From a virus: 64,000 bases of DNA. The translations under genes and the position numbers were made by a program. The notes under the pieces are model-generated. The model was not told the DNA's origin and did no database searches. It was given only the letters and a program-made list of their open reading frames with translations. The stretch spans positions 1-64,000 of the IMG/VR virus record IMGVR_UViG_3300009161_000003; one strand, 5' to 3'. How positions within the stretch are numbered: the stretch's first letter is position 1; each line of letters starts with the position of its first letter. Below are positions 38,604 through 48,762 of the stretch, piece by piece.

Positions 38604-39357
38604 AAATGATGTGACAATAATTTTAGCAACATCAATTGTTCCAGATCATCCAAACACTAAAATGATAGAAGAAACAATACATAGTATTAGAGCACATTTT
38701 CCAGATAATGAAATCATTATGCAAATTGATGGGTTAAGAAAAGAACAGTTGCATAGAAAAAATGATTACGATGAATATAAAAATCGCATACTTTGGAAAT
38801 GTTTACACGAATATAAAAATGTTTTGCCAATTATTTTTGATCAGCATAGCCATCAAACAACCATGATGAGGCAAACAATAAAAGAAATACAAACATCATT
38901 ACTTTTATATGTTGAGGGAGATACACCTCTAACTCCAGATATAGAGATTGATTGGCAAAAATGTTTGGATATGATTGAGTATGGAAAAGCAAATACAATA
39001 AGGTTTCATTTTGAAGCATCTATTCCAGAACCACACAAACATTTAATGTTTAAATTAGAAGATGGATTTTTACAAACTGCTCAATGGAGTCAAAGACCTC
39101 ACTTAACTAAGGCTTCATATTATAGGAATATTATATTACCACCACTTGATGAATGTGCTTTTATTGAAGATAAAACTCATGGGATAATTCAAGATGACAT
39201 TTTACCTTATAATCTTTTTAGTGAAGAAGGATGGGAAAAACACAAACTTTGGATATATCATCCAGAAGGAAACATTAAAAGATCACAGCATTTAGATGGT
39301 CGTCAAGGAACACTTAAATACACAAGTGATGATGAGATTAGAGGATACACTGGATGA
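38596..39357 (+). CDS. GT-A-fold glycosyltransferase
   Basis: LYVEGD, WSQRPH, HLDGR. Confidence 0.65.
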   Translation: MHKNDVTIILATSIVPDHPNTKMIEETIHSIRAHFPDNEIIMQIDGLRKEQLHRKNDYDEYKNRILWKCLHEYKNVLPIIFDQHSHQTTMMRQTIKEIQTSLLLYVEGDTPLTPDIEIDWQKCLDMIEYGKANTIRFHFEASIPEPHKHLMFKLEDGFLQTAQWSQRPHLTKASYYRNIILPPLDECAFIEDKTHGIIQDDILPYNLFSEEGWEKHKLWIYHPEGNIKRSQHLDGRQGTLKYTSDDEIRGYTG

Positions 39358-40394
39358 CACTTGGAATTATTGCTAGATCTGATAATACTGGACTAGGAAA
39401 TCAAACACGGGAGTTAGTTAAGATGCTTAATCCCGACAAAATTTTATTGATTGACTCAGAACACTTCAATGGTAATGAACAACATCCAGAATGGTATAAG
39501 GATTATAATGTAGTACATACGGAAAGAGGTTTTCCAACTAAGCCAGAAGTAATAGATTTTTTAAGAAACATAGATGTGGTGCTAAGTTGTGAAACTTTCT
39601 ATAGACAAGATTTTTTACATTATGCCAAACGAAGAGGCATTAAAACAATCTTGCAATATAATTTTGAATTCTTACTTAACATGTCTAATCCAGAAGCAGA
39701 ACTTCCAGATGTTTTACTTGCTCCAAGTTTATGGAACATAGAGCAAATAGAAAAAATGGTTGATGGAAGATGTAAAGTAATTCACCTCCCACCACCAACC
39801 GATACAACCTTATTTGAAAATGTTAGACAAAATAATATGTCAAAAGATCATAATAGATTGTTGCACGTTGGTGGAAAGTTTGCAGCAAAAGATAGAAATG
39901 GAACTCAAACTGTTTTGCAAATGCTTAAGTATTCAAAGGCAAGTTATGAGTTAGTAATTACAACACAAAAGTTTCCAGAATTAGATTTAAAAGATTCAAG
40001 AGTTACCGTTAATAACAGTAATCCAGAAAATAGGGAAGAACTTTATAATGGGTTTGATGCTATGCTTTTGCCAAGAAGGTATGCTGGTTTATGTCTTCCA
40101 ATGAATGAGGCATTGATTAGTGGACTCCCAGTATTTATGACGGACATATCTCCAAACAATTTAATTCTTCCTAAAGAATGGTTAGTAAGATCTGAACACA
40201 TTAATAGTTTTCAAGCCAAATCGTTAGTAGATGTATATGATGGAAATCCAGAACATTTAGCAGCCATTGTTGATGAGTATATGGATAATAAAGATAAGCG
40301 TGAAATGAAAGATTCTGCATTACAAATAGGATTAAATCATTTTGCTAAAAATAATCTAAAGGATAATTATTTAGATCTTATCGCTCATATGTAG
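39354..40394 (+). CDS. GT4-like glycosyltransferase
   Basis: GLCLPMNEAL.SGLPV..TD. Confidence 0.8.
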   Translation: MTLGIIARSDNTGLGNQTRELVKMLNPDKILLIDSEHFNGNEQHPEWYKDYNVVHTERGFPTKPEVIDFLRNIDVVLSCETFYRQDFLHYAKRRGIKTILQYNFEFLLNMSNPEAELPDVLLAPSLWNIEQIEKMVDGRCKVIHLPPPTDTTLFENVRQNNMSKDHNRLLHVGGKFAAKDRNGTQTVLQMLKYSKASYELVITTQKFPELDLKDSRVTVNNSNPENREELYNGFDAMLLPRRYAGLCLPMNEALISGLPVFMTDISPNNLILPKEWLVRSEHINSFQAKSLVDVYDGNPEHLAAIVDEYMDNKDKREMKDSALQIGLNHFAKNNLKDNYLDLIAHM

Positions 40395-41067
40395 ATTTTT
40401 CTGAAAAGTTTGTAGTTAAAAAATCTAACAAAAACATAAAAGAAGTATCTGCGCTAGACAAATAAGGAATTTCTTTTTTGTCTTGGTTATAAGATAATGC
40501 AACTAATGCCCCACTTTTATGAACCTTTACATCTTTTACTGTTTCTCCACCAATGTTAAATGTATTTCCATACTTTGATCTCCAAAGTGTTGAATAATTT
40601 TCTTCAAGAATAGTTATTAGTTTGCTTTTTTTCATTGGCATTGGTACGTGAAGTTCATAACTAATAGGATTTAATATATCTCTTCTTTGTAAATAAGCAT
40701 ACGTTGTTCCTAGTCTATTTAAATAAGTAGATCTAATCCCCAGATTATGATACTGATTTATTTGATCTTCAAGTAATCCGTTGTTGTATATTTCTACTTC
40801 ATCTATTTTGTTTGTAATATAGAAATCATCATTCATTAATATAAAGTCTTCAGGTATTTCTTCAGAAGCACAGGCAGCCCTAAGATTATTAAGTGCATTT
40901 TGATATTTATGTTGATCTTGTAATACTGAAATATGATTGCCAACATACCAGTCTGGTTTTCCACCAACTACCCAAATTTTTGGATCATTAGTATTTTTTA
41001 CAACAGATCTAATTGAGTATCTAAGTTCTTCGTTTTCACCATCTTTACATATGTATACAAAATTCAT
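40378..41067 (-). CDS. Stealth-like / sugar-phosphotransferase-like protein
   Basis: EELRYSIRS, FILMNDDF, YELHVP. Confidence 0.7.
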   Translation of the reverse strand: MNFVYICKDGENEELRYSIRSVVKNTNDPKIWVVGGKPDWYVGNHISVLQDQHKYQNALNNLRAACASEEIPEDFILMNDDFYITNKIDEVEIYNNGLLEDQINQYHNLGIRSTYLNRLGTTYAYLQRRDILNPISYELHVPMPMKKSKLITILEENYSTLWRSKYGNTFNIGGETVKDVKVHKSGALVALSYNQDKKEIPYLSSADTSFMFLLDFLTTNFSEKSTYER

Positions 41068-41082
41068 AAATTCCCTTTATAT

Positions 41083-41114
41083 AAAAAAATAGGGACAGAC
41101 GTATCTATCCCTAT
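41083..41114 (-). terminator. Intrinsic terminator after the holin-like gene
   Basis: ATAGGGA...TCCCTAT hairpin plus T-run on the minus strand. Confidence 0.65.
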
Positions 41115-41127
41115 CTATTAAGTATAA

Positions 41128-41406
41128 TTACTTTGCTACTTTTTTAGCAACTTTCTTTTTTGCTGCCTTTTTAACTGGCTTAATATTCTTAAGCGCAGCC
41201 TCTACATCTTTTGCAACTGCATCAAACTTACCAAAAGATTTGTCTTTTGGATTGGCTGCACGAAGTGCAACTGGAACTAATGCTGCCACAAGTGCTGCCC
41301 ACATATCTTTAGGATCTGTAATTCCAGCGGTATACAAGGCAATTACGCCTGCAAGAACTGAACGACCATAACTTGAAAGCATTGCTTTTAATTGTACGTT
41401 ATTCAT
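41128..41406 (-). CDS. Holin-like membrane protein
   Basis: Two TMs, LRAANPKD, AKK-rich tail. Confidence 0.65.
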   Translation of the reverse strand: MNNVQLKAMLSSYGRSVLAGVIALYTAGITDPKDMWAALVAALVPVALRAANPKDKSFGKFDAVAKDVEAALKNIKPVKKAAKKKVAKKVAK

Positions 41407-41455
41407 TTAATCACCTCTTCCATATACTATTATAGCGTATATTACTATAAATTTT

Positions 41456-41845
41456 TTATTTTTGCTCAACTATAGGCTTGAGTTTTTCTAAGATAAATTT
41501 TAATTTTGCATCTGAGTATAAGTCTGCCAACTTTGGCTGTTCAATTTGTTGCTCACAATATAAGATAATATCATTAACAATAGCCATTGTTTCTTCAATA
41601 TAGTTAAAGGCCACATCTCTAGAATCTGATAAAAATTTAATAAAGTTTTCTTGGGTTTCATCTGTTTCATTTTTAATTAAATCTAATTGATCTTTTAAGG
41701 TTTCAGAAAAAGCCTTTAATATTCTTTGATCAAGAACAAATTGTTTTAATAATGTTTTTAATGTATACACCTTATAGGACAAGGATACAATAACACACAT
41801 GCTTAAAAATAATCCAGTAAACGTAATTAAATTAAAGAACTGCAT
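41456..41845 (-). CDS. Membrane-anchored coiled-coil protein
   Basis: N-terminal TM; FIKFLSDSRD.AF.YIE. Confidence 0.6.
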   Translation of the reverse strand: MQFFNLITFTGLFLSMCVIVSLSYKVYTLKTLLKQFVLDQRILKAFSETLKDQLDLIKNETDETQENFIKFLSDSRDVAFNYIEETMAIVNDIILYCEQQIEQPKLADLYSDAKLKFILEKLKPIVEQK

Positions 41846-42338
41846 CTAATAACTCATTTCTTTGTGCGTGTGTTGGCCAATAGTAATTGCATTTTTCACA
41901 ACATGGTTCATTATATAAACTAATTGTTGCATACTGATACTTGTTATAAAAAATAGGATCTTTTTTAAATAGATTGGCCTTATGGGTTGTTGTAATACGC
42001 ATTACTTCATTATCGTTAGACCAGAACATTGGTGGAGTCTTTCCCCATCTACCCGAACATTTTTCTTTAAGATCATTAAGGTTGTTCTCATTGTTTATTG
42101 TTTTGATACCGCGAACCTTAGCCTCTTTTATCATATGCTGTATATAGGACCACAACCCCGTCTCATAGCCCTTCCACATAAGCACGGCAGGGTGATTACG
42201 CCATGCTCCAGATGGTGACTCTCCTGACAACACCTTGAGTATTTGATACCCCTCAAGGATCTGTTTGTTAAGTCTTTTATTGTCTAAAGATTTTGCGGTA
42301 TATGAAATGTCACTGGACGGCAAAAATGTTTGCATCAA
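41832..42338 (-). CDS. Pyrimidine-dimer DNA glycosylase-like (MSMEG_6728 family)
   Basis: MQTFLP...LDNKRLNKQ..E..Q...W.NHPA..MW. Confidence 0.85.
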   Translation of the reverse strand: MMQTFLPSSDISYTAKSLDNKRLNKQILEGYQILKVLSGESPSGAWRNHPAVLMWKGYETGLWSYIQHMIKEAKVRGIKTINNENNLNDLKEKCSGRWGKTPPMFWSNDNEVMRITTTHKANLFKKDPIFYNKYQYATISLYNEPCCEKCNYYWPTHAQRNELLDAVL

Positions 42339-42447
42339 ACAACCTTAAGAGTATTGCAACGAGTACAGCCAACATATGTATTTCCAGTAAATGGACATGC
42401 TCCAGCATCTACAAAGACATGCCCTTTAATCTTACAAATCAATATTT

Positions 42448-42684
42448 TTATAATGGTTTGCCACCCGTCCTAACTAACATAACTATAGCCCCATTTTCTT
42501 CTAAGGCTTTTTTAACCCTTACCATATATTCTACAGCAACTCTTTTATCTCTGTCAAATAAATTCATAAAACTTTTTTCATCTGCCCTTACTGTAATGAA
42601 ATGCTCATTATCAATAATGTCTACACCAAATCCTTGTGGAGGAGTAAGGGATCTAACTGCTCGCTTCATTGCATCTGTATACAT
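42448..42684 (-). CDS. Hypothetical protein
   Basis: ORF track. Confidence 0.6.
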   Translation of the reverse strand: MYTDAMKRAVRSLTPPQGFGVDIIDNEHFITVRADEKSFMNLFDRDKRVAVEYMVRVKKALEENGAIVMLVRTGGKPL

Positions 42685-42685
42685 T

Positions 42686-42967
42686 TTACCTCATTGTCAA
42701 ATTCTGCCATATTTCAGACCATTTAGATTTTGTTTTATGACTATTAAACTCTCTAGATATTTTACCTTTGTCTAAATAAATACCGCCCCAAATTCCATAT
42801 TCTTTCTGTGATACACCTACAGCAAAACATGTTGCTGCGACTGGACACTTTAGGCAAACACTGTCAACACCATGACGAATATCTGGAGTTTCTTCATATT
42901 TATCAAAAAATAGATTTGTATCAAAGTCTTTACAAGCAGCACTTTCTTTCCATAAGTGTTTATTCAT
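42686..42967 (-). CDS. whiB: WhiB-family transcription factor
   Basis: W...AAC...FF...C..CPV...C...GIWGG. Confidence 0.92.
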   Translation of the reverse strand: MNKHLWKESAACKDFDTNLFFDKYEETPDIRHGVDSVCLKCPVAATCFAVGVSQKEYGIWGGIYLDKGKISREFNSHKTKSKWSEIWQNLTMR

Positions 42968-43175
42968 GCTGTTTGTACTTATCTGGCATAGTCCAGCCGT
43001 TACGGTTTGCTACATATCTTTTTTGAATATTCCATTTATTATTTTTATATACTCCGTTTTTTTCAAAGGCAGCAGAATCTAATGGAGTTAGTTCAAGAAC
43101 ATCCCAACCATCCCAAGACAACTTGCTATTCATGGAAACAATTGATTCCATTTGTTTTAAATTATTTACAATCAT
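42960..43175 (-). CDS. Hypothetical protein
   Basis: L.WDGWDV. Confidence 0.6.
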   Translation of the reverse strand: MIVNNLKQMESIVSMNSKLSWDGWDVLELTPLDSAAFEKNGVYKNNKWNIQKRYVANRNGWTMPDKYKQHE

Positions 43176-43184
43176 TATTACTCC

Positions 43185-43547
43185 TTAGTATTGGAATGTT
43201 CCAAATTCAAAATCTTGCTCTTGTGCAAGTCTTGCTATATTTGATAGTGCTTGGTTTGGTTTTGATAGATAGGAAAAGTAATCAATTTCATGTAAGTTTT
43301 CTTCGACCCATGTATAATGAACCTTGATAAACTTAACTTTGATTCCTCTAGCCTTTAGATTTCTTTCTGAAACATTGCAAAACTCAGAAGCAAAATCATT
43401 TACATTTGATGGTCCTAATGAATATACAATAAACTCATGATCAGTTTCTTTTAAACCAGACATCATTACACCCATAGAACGAAGGAAAACAGAATACTCA
43501 TCGAACTCATTGGTTCCCTGTACTACGACCTTCATTTCTTTTTCCAT
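43185..43547 (-). CDS. Hypothetical protein (SLOG/YspA-like N-terminus)
   Basis: MKVVVQGT..F..Y..F. Confidence 0.55.
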   Translation of the reverse strand: MEKEMKVVVQGTNEFDEYSVFLRSMGVMMSGLKETDHEFIVYSLGPSNVNDFASEFCNVSERNLKARGIKVKFIKVHYTWVEENLHEIDYFSYLSKPNQALSNIARLAQEQDFEFGTFQY

Positions 43548-43920
43548 TCTTTAGGTGATCTAATATATCTAACATCTTTGCTACTTCTTTATTGTCCATA
43601 TTTGTAAAATCAATTGGTTTTGCATTTTCCCTATCGACTTCGCCTTCTTCTACATTTGCTTGATAAAACACATTATTGTTTACCCAGTAAGCAGTTGGGC
43701 CAACAACTAAAACACGAAAGGTATTTTTTTCTTTCAGTTTTGTAGTTTGAGATACACGTTTTATCTCTATACCTTCTGGCAAAAGGTTAGAAATAATACT
43801 GTGAATCCTAGTCTGACTATATTTAATTTTTGGTAAAACTTTTTTTTCTTGTTTCTTTACTGTATAAAGTATAGCCCAAATGCCATAAATTGTCAACAAT
43901 AAAAGAACAATTTGATTCAT
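43507..43920 (-). CDS. Membrane-anchored hypothetical protein
   Basis: N-terminal TM; TGATACAAT-6-ATG. Confidence 0.6.
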   Translation of the reverse strand: MNQIVLLLLTIYGIWAILYTVKKQEKKVLPKIKYSQTRIHSIISNLLPEGIEIKRVSQTTKLKEKNTFRVLVVGPTAYWVNNNVFYQANVEEGEVDRENAKPIDFTNMDNKEVAKMLDILDHLKNGKRNEGRSTGNQ

Positions 43921-43932
43921 GTATCTATTGTA

Positions 43933-44259
43933 TCACTGTTGCGATAAAATTCTTTTGATTTCATTCAAAACTGTTTTATAAATATCGTCCAACCAAGAAA
44001 TAGCGTTTTCATCAAAAGCCTTTTCTGTTAGTCCAACATCTGGATTATCTTGCAATAAATCAATTATTAAAAATCCTTGTTCCCATAAAAACATTACCTC
44101 ACGGTTTAATTGTGTTTGATGTATATCAAATAGATCTGGATTAATGTCTTTTAGTTTGTCGGTAAAGTTATAAATGGCTTCACCTTCTTCATTTAAACCA
44201 GCATATTCAATTGCACCTTGTTCAATCAAATCTATAAACATAAAGTCTTCTTCTTTCAT
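43933..44259 (-). CDS. Hypothetical protein
   Basis: ORF track; GGAG SD. Confidence 0.6.
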   Translation of the reverse strand: MKEEDFMFIDLIEQGAIEYAGLNEEGEAIYNFTDKLKDINPDLFDIHQTQLNREVMFLWEQGFLIIDLLQDNPDVGLTEKAFDENAISWLDDIYKTVLNEIKRILSQQ

Positions 44260-44261
44260 TT

Positions 44262-44837
44262 TTACTCCCTGTAGTCAATGTTAAGAATACATCTAATTTG
44301 TGATTCTTTTGGTGATGTAGATGAATGGTAATATCTACCGTCAAATTTTATTGCAGTACCCATTTTGGGTTCTACAGAATGTAAAACTGGTAAATCTTTA
44401 GGATTGGAAATATCATCTCCAAATTTTTTATCAAAGATGACAGTGTTTCCATCTGCAGAATTAAAGTAATACAGGAACACATTATGGGGAATTGCATTAT
44501 CAACATGTGGATAATTGTAGTTATCATAATCAGACTTAGTTAAGATATTTATCCTAGCCCTAATTACGGTTTTAGGTTTGATATTATGCTTGTCACAAAA
44601 TTTATTAAATACATATTGATATTCATTATTATTTAAATCTTGCACAACTTGAAATGTATTATAGGAATCAGATGTTGCTAGTACTAATGACTTTGGCAGT
44701 TTTTCTCTTTGCCCTGGAATATTCATTATTTCTAGGGCTCTCCAAACTTTCCAGTTTGGTTGATAGTTTGAAAAAATTTGATTAGCAAAATCAACCTGTT
44801 CTTCGTATGTTAAAAAATTGTCATCTTGAATGAACAT
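44262..44837 (-). CDS. 2OG-Fe(II) oxygenase-like
   Basis: PHVD...LYY...DG.T...FDG..YHS...R. Confidence 0.75.
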   Translation of the reverse strand: MFIQDDNFLTYEEQVDFANQIFSNYQPNWKVWRALEIMNIPGQREKLPKSLVLATSDSYNTFQVVQDLNNNEYQYVFNKFCDKHNIKPKTVIRARINILTKSDYDNYNYPHVDNAIPHNVFLYYFNSADGNTVIFDKKFGDDISNPKDLPVLHSVEPKMGTAIKFDGRYYHSSTSPKESQIRCILNIDYRE

Positions 44838-45091
44838 TACTGATACGATTCGCCTTGTAGCCTATTTTCAACAAGTCTTTCTCTTTCGTCGAGGAAAGAG
44901 TAGGCATATGCCAACATCTTTTCTTTTCCAACTGGGTCATTCATAATTTTATTATAATGATGGCTGCAAAACATTAGTTCGCCATTTACTCCAGTTACAG
45001 ACACATATGCCTGTGCTGGACAAGAATCACACCTATCTAAGGGTGTAAGAAGCCATTTGCGTTCAGCGGTTTGCTCAATCATTCTATTCAT
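44837..45091 (-). CDS. Actinobacterial Zn-binding protein
   Basis: LTPLDRCDSC.AQAYV...L.FC.HH. Confidence 0.7.
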   Translation of the reverse strand: MNRMIEQTAERKWLLTPLDRCDSCPAQAYVSVTGVNGELMFCSHHYNKIMNDPVGKEKMLAYAYSFLDERERLVENRLQGESYQ

Positions 45092-45092
45092 A

Positions 45093-45278
45093 TTATACCT
45101 TCTTATTGTCGGTGGAGTAAAAACCCTTACTATTAAATTGTACACCAAATGGAGTGTATTGTCTAGTTAGGACACCGTTGCATTTTTCACAAAAATATTT
45201 AGGCTCATCTTCTAAGATAGATCTTTCTTTAGTAAAGTTTATTGCACAAGGATAACATAGGTATTCATATTTTGGCAT
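45093..45278 (-). CDS. FmdB-family zinc ribbon protein
   Basis: MP.YEY.C..C...C..C...F...GFYSTD. Confidence 0.85.
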   Translation of the reverse strand: MPKYEYLCYPCAINFTKERSILEDEPKYFCEKCNGVLTRQYTPFGVQFNSKGFYSTDNKKV

Positions 45279-45287
45279 AATTTAATC

Positions 45288-45929
45288 CTAAAGTGATGTT
45301 ATTGTTATTTTTAGTTTAGGGCATTTAATAGATTTAATTGCCAAAAATTCTTTTTCATCTACAGAAAGTGACCATCTAATTTTAATTGAGACCCAATTTG
45401 AAATATATTGACATTTATATTTTTCATTTGTTGGCAGCCAATCTGCTGGATCTTGATCGCTTTTAGATCTATTTGATGAACCAGTTACCGCAATTAAATG
45501 TCTTGGGTCTGTTTGATCATTTGCATATAGTTCACGTTTTTTATCATCCCATGCAGAGGCTCCAGAATCCCAGGCTTCTGCAAGTGGAACCATATGGTCT
45601 ACATCTAATTTTCCAGCATCAGTTACTTTTACACTGTCATAAATACTAAACCATTCTCCGCCTTTAATTACACAGCCTTTTTCAACAACTGGTTTAATAA
45701 TTGCTTCTGAAATGATTACTGCTTTTCGTGAGTCGCATCCATTACCAACACCAACCCAGTGCTTAAACTTGGTCCTTACGTAGCCTGTACGATCTTCTGG
45801 GGCCACCTTTAAGGAATTTACTGCCTGATCTATAGAGTTATAGGAAATAGTCTTGCTAGGCAAAGCGTAGGCAGTATTTGTAAAGATAAAACTAATTAGT
45901 AATAAGGCTAAGACCATTTTTGATTTCAT
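45288..45929 (-). CDS. Secreted HNH nuclease (DUF1524-like)
   Basis: Signal peptide; DVDHMVPLAEAW.SGA, NRSKSD.DP..W.P. Confidence 0.85.
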   Translation of the reverse strand: MKSKMVLALLLISFIFTNTAYALPSKTISYNSIDQAVNSLKVAPEDRTGYVRTKFKHWVGVGNGCDSRKAVIISEAIIKPVVEKGCVIKGGEWFSIYDSVKVTDAGKLDVDHMVPLAEAWDSGASAWDDKKRELYANDQTDPRHLIAVTGSSNRSKSDQDPADWLPTNEKYKCQYISNWVSIKIRWSLSVDEKEFLAIKSIKCPKLKITITSL

Positions 45930-46071
45930 TTTTTTCCTTTTGTTTTAATTGGCTCTCCAGTAATTCTGTCTTTTCTATATCGTTCAGTGCCGTCTTTATT
46001 TAAAGCAACGATATTTCCATCACGCAGAATCATATGGTTAAAACCAATTTTAGTCTTAGCCTTGAATGACA

Positions 46072-46659
46072 TTATTTTGCTGCCTTCTTTGCTACCTTTT
46101 TTGCTGCTGGTGGTGCTAATTTTACTTCAAGAGGAGTTGCTTCTTCACCTTTATAAATTGGACGACCCCAACCAACAATAGTGTTTACTAATTTTTTTCC
46201 ATTATCTTTTACATATGCCCGTGTTTTTTCAGCACACATCCCACCATTACGCTGATCTCCCTTAGCAGATCCAGCAGTATTTCCTTCAACGGTTTGAATG
46301 GTTCCGTCTCCATTGTTTTTAATACATAGACCTACGTGTGAAATTCGGTTAACGCCATCCTCTGGGAAGTCAAAATAAATCCAATCTCCAGGTGTTGGGT
46401 CATCATTACGAGCATCTGCCCATCGTTTATTTTTCTTAAACCAATCTGATGCTTCTACTGTTGAAGCAGATTTTGGATATTTCTTTGGATCTAGTCCTGA
46501 TGTAAATGCAGACCAAGAAACAAAAGACTGGCACCAAGGAAGAAAATTTGCACCTGTCCATTTGCCATACTTTGTTTCATTATCTTTTGGACCTTCAATA
46601 GTCCCTACTTCTTTCTTGGCGATTTCAATGATCGCTTCTACTGTGCCTTTTTCTGCCAT
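46072..46659 (-). CDS. CHAP-domain peptidoglycan hydrolase (endolysin)
   Basis: PWCQSFVSW, PGD, HVG, VEGNT. Confidence 0.88.
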   Translation of the reverse strand: MAEKGTVEAIIEIAKKEVGTIEGPKDNETKYGKWTGANFLPWCQSFVSWSAFTSGLDPKKYPKSASTVEASDWFKKNKRWADARNDDPTPGDWIYFDFPEDGVNRISHVGLCIKNNGDGTIQTVEGNTAGSAKGDQRNGGMCAEKTRAYVKDNGKKLVNTIVGWGRPIYKGEEATPLEVKLAPPAAKKVAKKAAK

Positions 46660-46707
46660 TTTATTCTCCTTTGTTTGTGTTATATATTATATCATTAATC
46701 TGCATAT

Positions 46708-47268
46708 TTATTGCAGGTCTGGATCTACATGTTGATATTGCGTGGTATGCATTAACAATAAAGTGTATCTTTTTCCATCTTCAATTGGAGTAATTCCATG
46801 CTTCCATTTTTCTCCGTCACTAATAAAAAATACAGCACTATATTTTTTTGGTTTATATTCAAAGTCTAAAACAGGAAAAAAAATCTTTCCTCCTAAAAAT
46901 TCATCATTTAAATAAATTACAGAACTATATTCAATAAATTTTTCTGGATCCTGATCATCAATATGAACCCCTCCAGAACTTCCTACGTTCCATACTGATC
47001 CAAAGGCTTTGAAACATTTAATTTGATTTTTTTCGTTTGGATTTAATTCTTGATGAATTAGGTTTGCTTTTAAAGCATATTTTTTTAAAAGACTAATGGT
47101 TGTTTTGTTATATGGAAATGCTGTTCCTCCGTATCTACTTTTATAATATTCTGGATAAGGATTTATTTCTGAAGGTTTATTGATTTCAGATATCAAAACA
47201 TTAGCATCTTCTTCACTAATAAAGTCATTAATTATAATTGGTTTATCTTTTATAGGCAAGTTAGTCAT
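46708..47268 (-). CDS. 2OG-Fe(II) oxygenase
   Basis: HID...YLND...GG...HGI...RY. Confidence 0.88.
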   Translation of the reverse strand: MTNLPIKDKPIIINDFISEEDANVLISEINKPSEINPYPEYYKSRYGGTAFPYNKTTISLLKKYALKANLIHQELNPNEKNQIKCFKAFGSVWNVGSSGGVHIDDQDPEKFIEYSSVIYLNDEFLGGKIFFPVLDFEYKPKKYSAVFFISDGEKWKHGITPIEDGKRYTLLLMHTTQYQHVDPDLQ

Positions 47269-47272
47269 AATC

Positions 47273-47917
47273 TTATTCCTCCCCTGTGGAAAAATATCTT
47301 TTTTCTTTAGGTACGTTATGATACCAATTTGGCAAAGAATATTTTATTCCATCTGTTATTTCTTCAACTTCATGAACATATAAAAAATTTGATGGGAAAA
47401 ACAATATACTTCCAGCCTCTGGTTTAAATGATAAATTTGAATTTTTAAAAACCAAATTACCACCTTTATAATCATCATTTAAATACATCAAAACAGAAAG
47501 AGTCCTAGTGCTTACACCGTGATCTTGATGTGCTGGCAGATATCCAGATTTTTCATACTTAAGTAAATGCATTGCATCATCTCTAGATTTAACATTTAAA
47601 AATGGATAGAGACCCTTATACTTAGAAAGATATTCGTCTAATGGAGAAAATAATTTTTTTGAAATGCTGTAAATTTCATCATAAAAAAAATCATCTTTAT
47701 TTATTTGTCCCTGTGGTATAAAAAATTTTTGCCAACAAAAAAATTGTTCTTTGTCATTCCAAGGAGACCAAGGCCTAGCCATAGTTTTAATAATTTTATT
47801 TTTATTATTTAATATTTTTTTATCTAAATCTTCAACCTCTTTAATTATTTTTTCTGAATCAATAATTGCATTTTTATAATAAACTAATCCTAAATCTAAA
47901 ATTTCAACACTATTCAT
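47273..47917 (-). CDS. 2OG-Fe(II) oxygenase
   Basis: HQD...YLNDDYKGG...HEV. Confidence 0.9.
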   Translation of the reverse strand: MNSVEILDLGLVYYKNAIIDSEKIIKEVEDLDKKILNNKNKIIKTMARPWSPWNDKEQFFCWQKFFIPQGQINKDDFFYDEIYSISKKLFSPLDEYLSKYKGLYPFLNVKSRDDAMHLLKYEKSGYLPAHQDHGVSTRTLSVLMYLNDDYKGGNLVFKNSNLSFKPEAGSILFFPSNFLYVHEVEEITDGIKYSLPNWYHNVPKEKRYFSTGEE

Positions 47918-48762
47918 TATGATACTTCTTTAACTCTAATTGAATCAAAACCAGGAAAATATCTATTTGTTTCTGAATCTAAATTAGAAGTAGTATTTTT
48001 GTATGATACTCCAATATTATCAAATGGCAAATAATTTATATCTAATATGTCAATATTTTTATATTTTTCAAAATTATTTAATTTGTTTTTATTTTTCTTT
48101 AAATAATTAATTGATTCATTGTAATTATGATACAGATCATATGAACAAAAAGAATCCTCTAAATTATTTACTTTTGAAATTAAGTAAAAACTAGACGGAC
48201 ATGAGTATATCTCAATATCATTTGCCATTAATTCTACTGAAAGTAAAATATCTTGTCCATAATATTTTAGATTATTTAAAATAGAAAAAAACTTTATATA
48301 TTTTTTATCTAAAAAAATAAAATTCATATCTACCCAATTATTTAAATAAAAATTATTTGAAAGTTCTTCGTTTTTATTTATTAAAAAATTATTAATAGAT
48401 AAATTAGTTTTTCCCTTTCCAGATATAATTAAATTATTTTTTGATTTTAAAAAATTTGTTAAAAGCATGTCCCAATTATTTATTAACTCTATATGTTCGC
48501 TTATTTCTAAAAAATAATCATAATTGGTTTTTAAAAACGTATATCTATAATGTGGAATCCCTACATGGTCATCCCATCTTACGTGATTATACTTAACATG
48601 ATGATTATTATAAAAATCTTTTTCCCTATTTATATTTGATTGGTCATAAATAAAAAATCTTAATGTTAAATTGCCACTAGATTTTTTTATAATGCTATCA
48701 ACGATTGACTTTAAATTTTTATTCTTATATGAATGAATAAAAATGCCAATAGTTTCTTTCAT
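47917..48762 (-). CDS. Degenerate GT-A (GlcNAc-transferase-like) protein
   Basis: YDYFLEI..H......WD; very AT-rich. Confidence 0.5.
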   Translation of the reverse strand: MKETIGIFIHSYKNKNLKSIVDSIIKKSSGNLTLRFFIYDQSNINREKDFYNNHHVKYNHVRWDDHVGIPHYRYTFLKTNYDYFLEISEHIELINNWDMLLTNFLKSKNNLIISGKGKTNLSINNFLINKNEELSNNFYLNNWVDMNFIFLDKKYIKFFSILNNLKYYGQDILLSVELMANDIEIYSCPSSFYLISKVNNLEDSFCSYDLYHNYNESINYLKKNKNKLNNFEKYKNIDILDINYLPFDNIGVSYKNTTSNLDSETNRYFPGFDSIRVKEVS

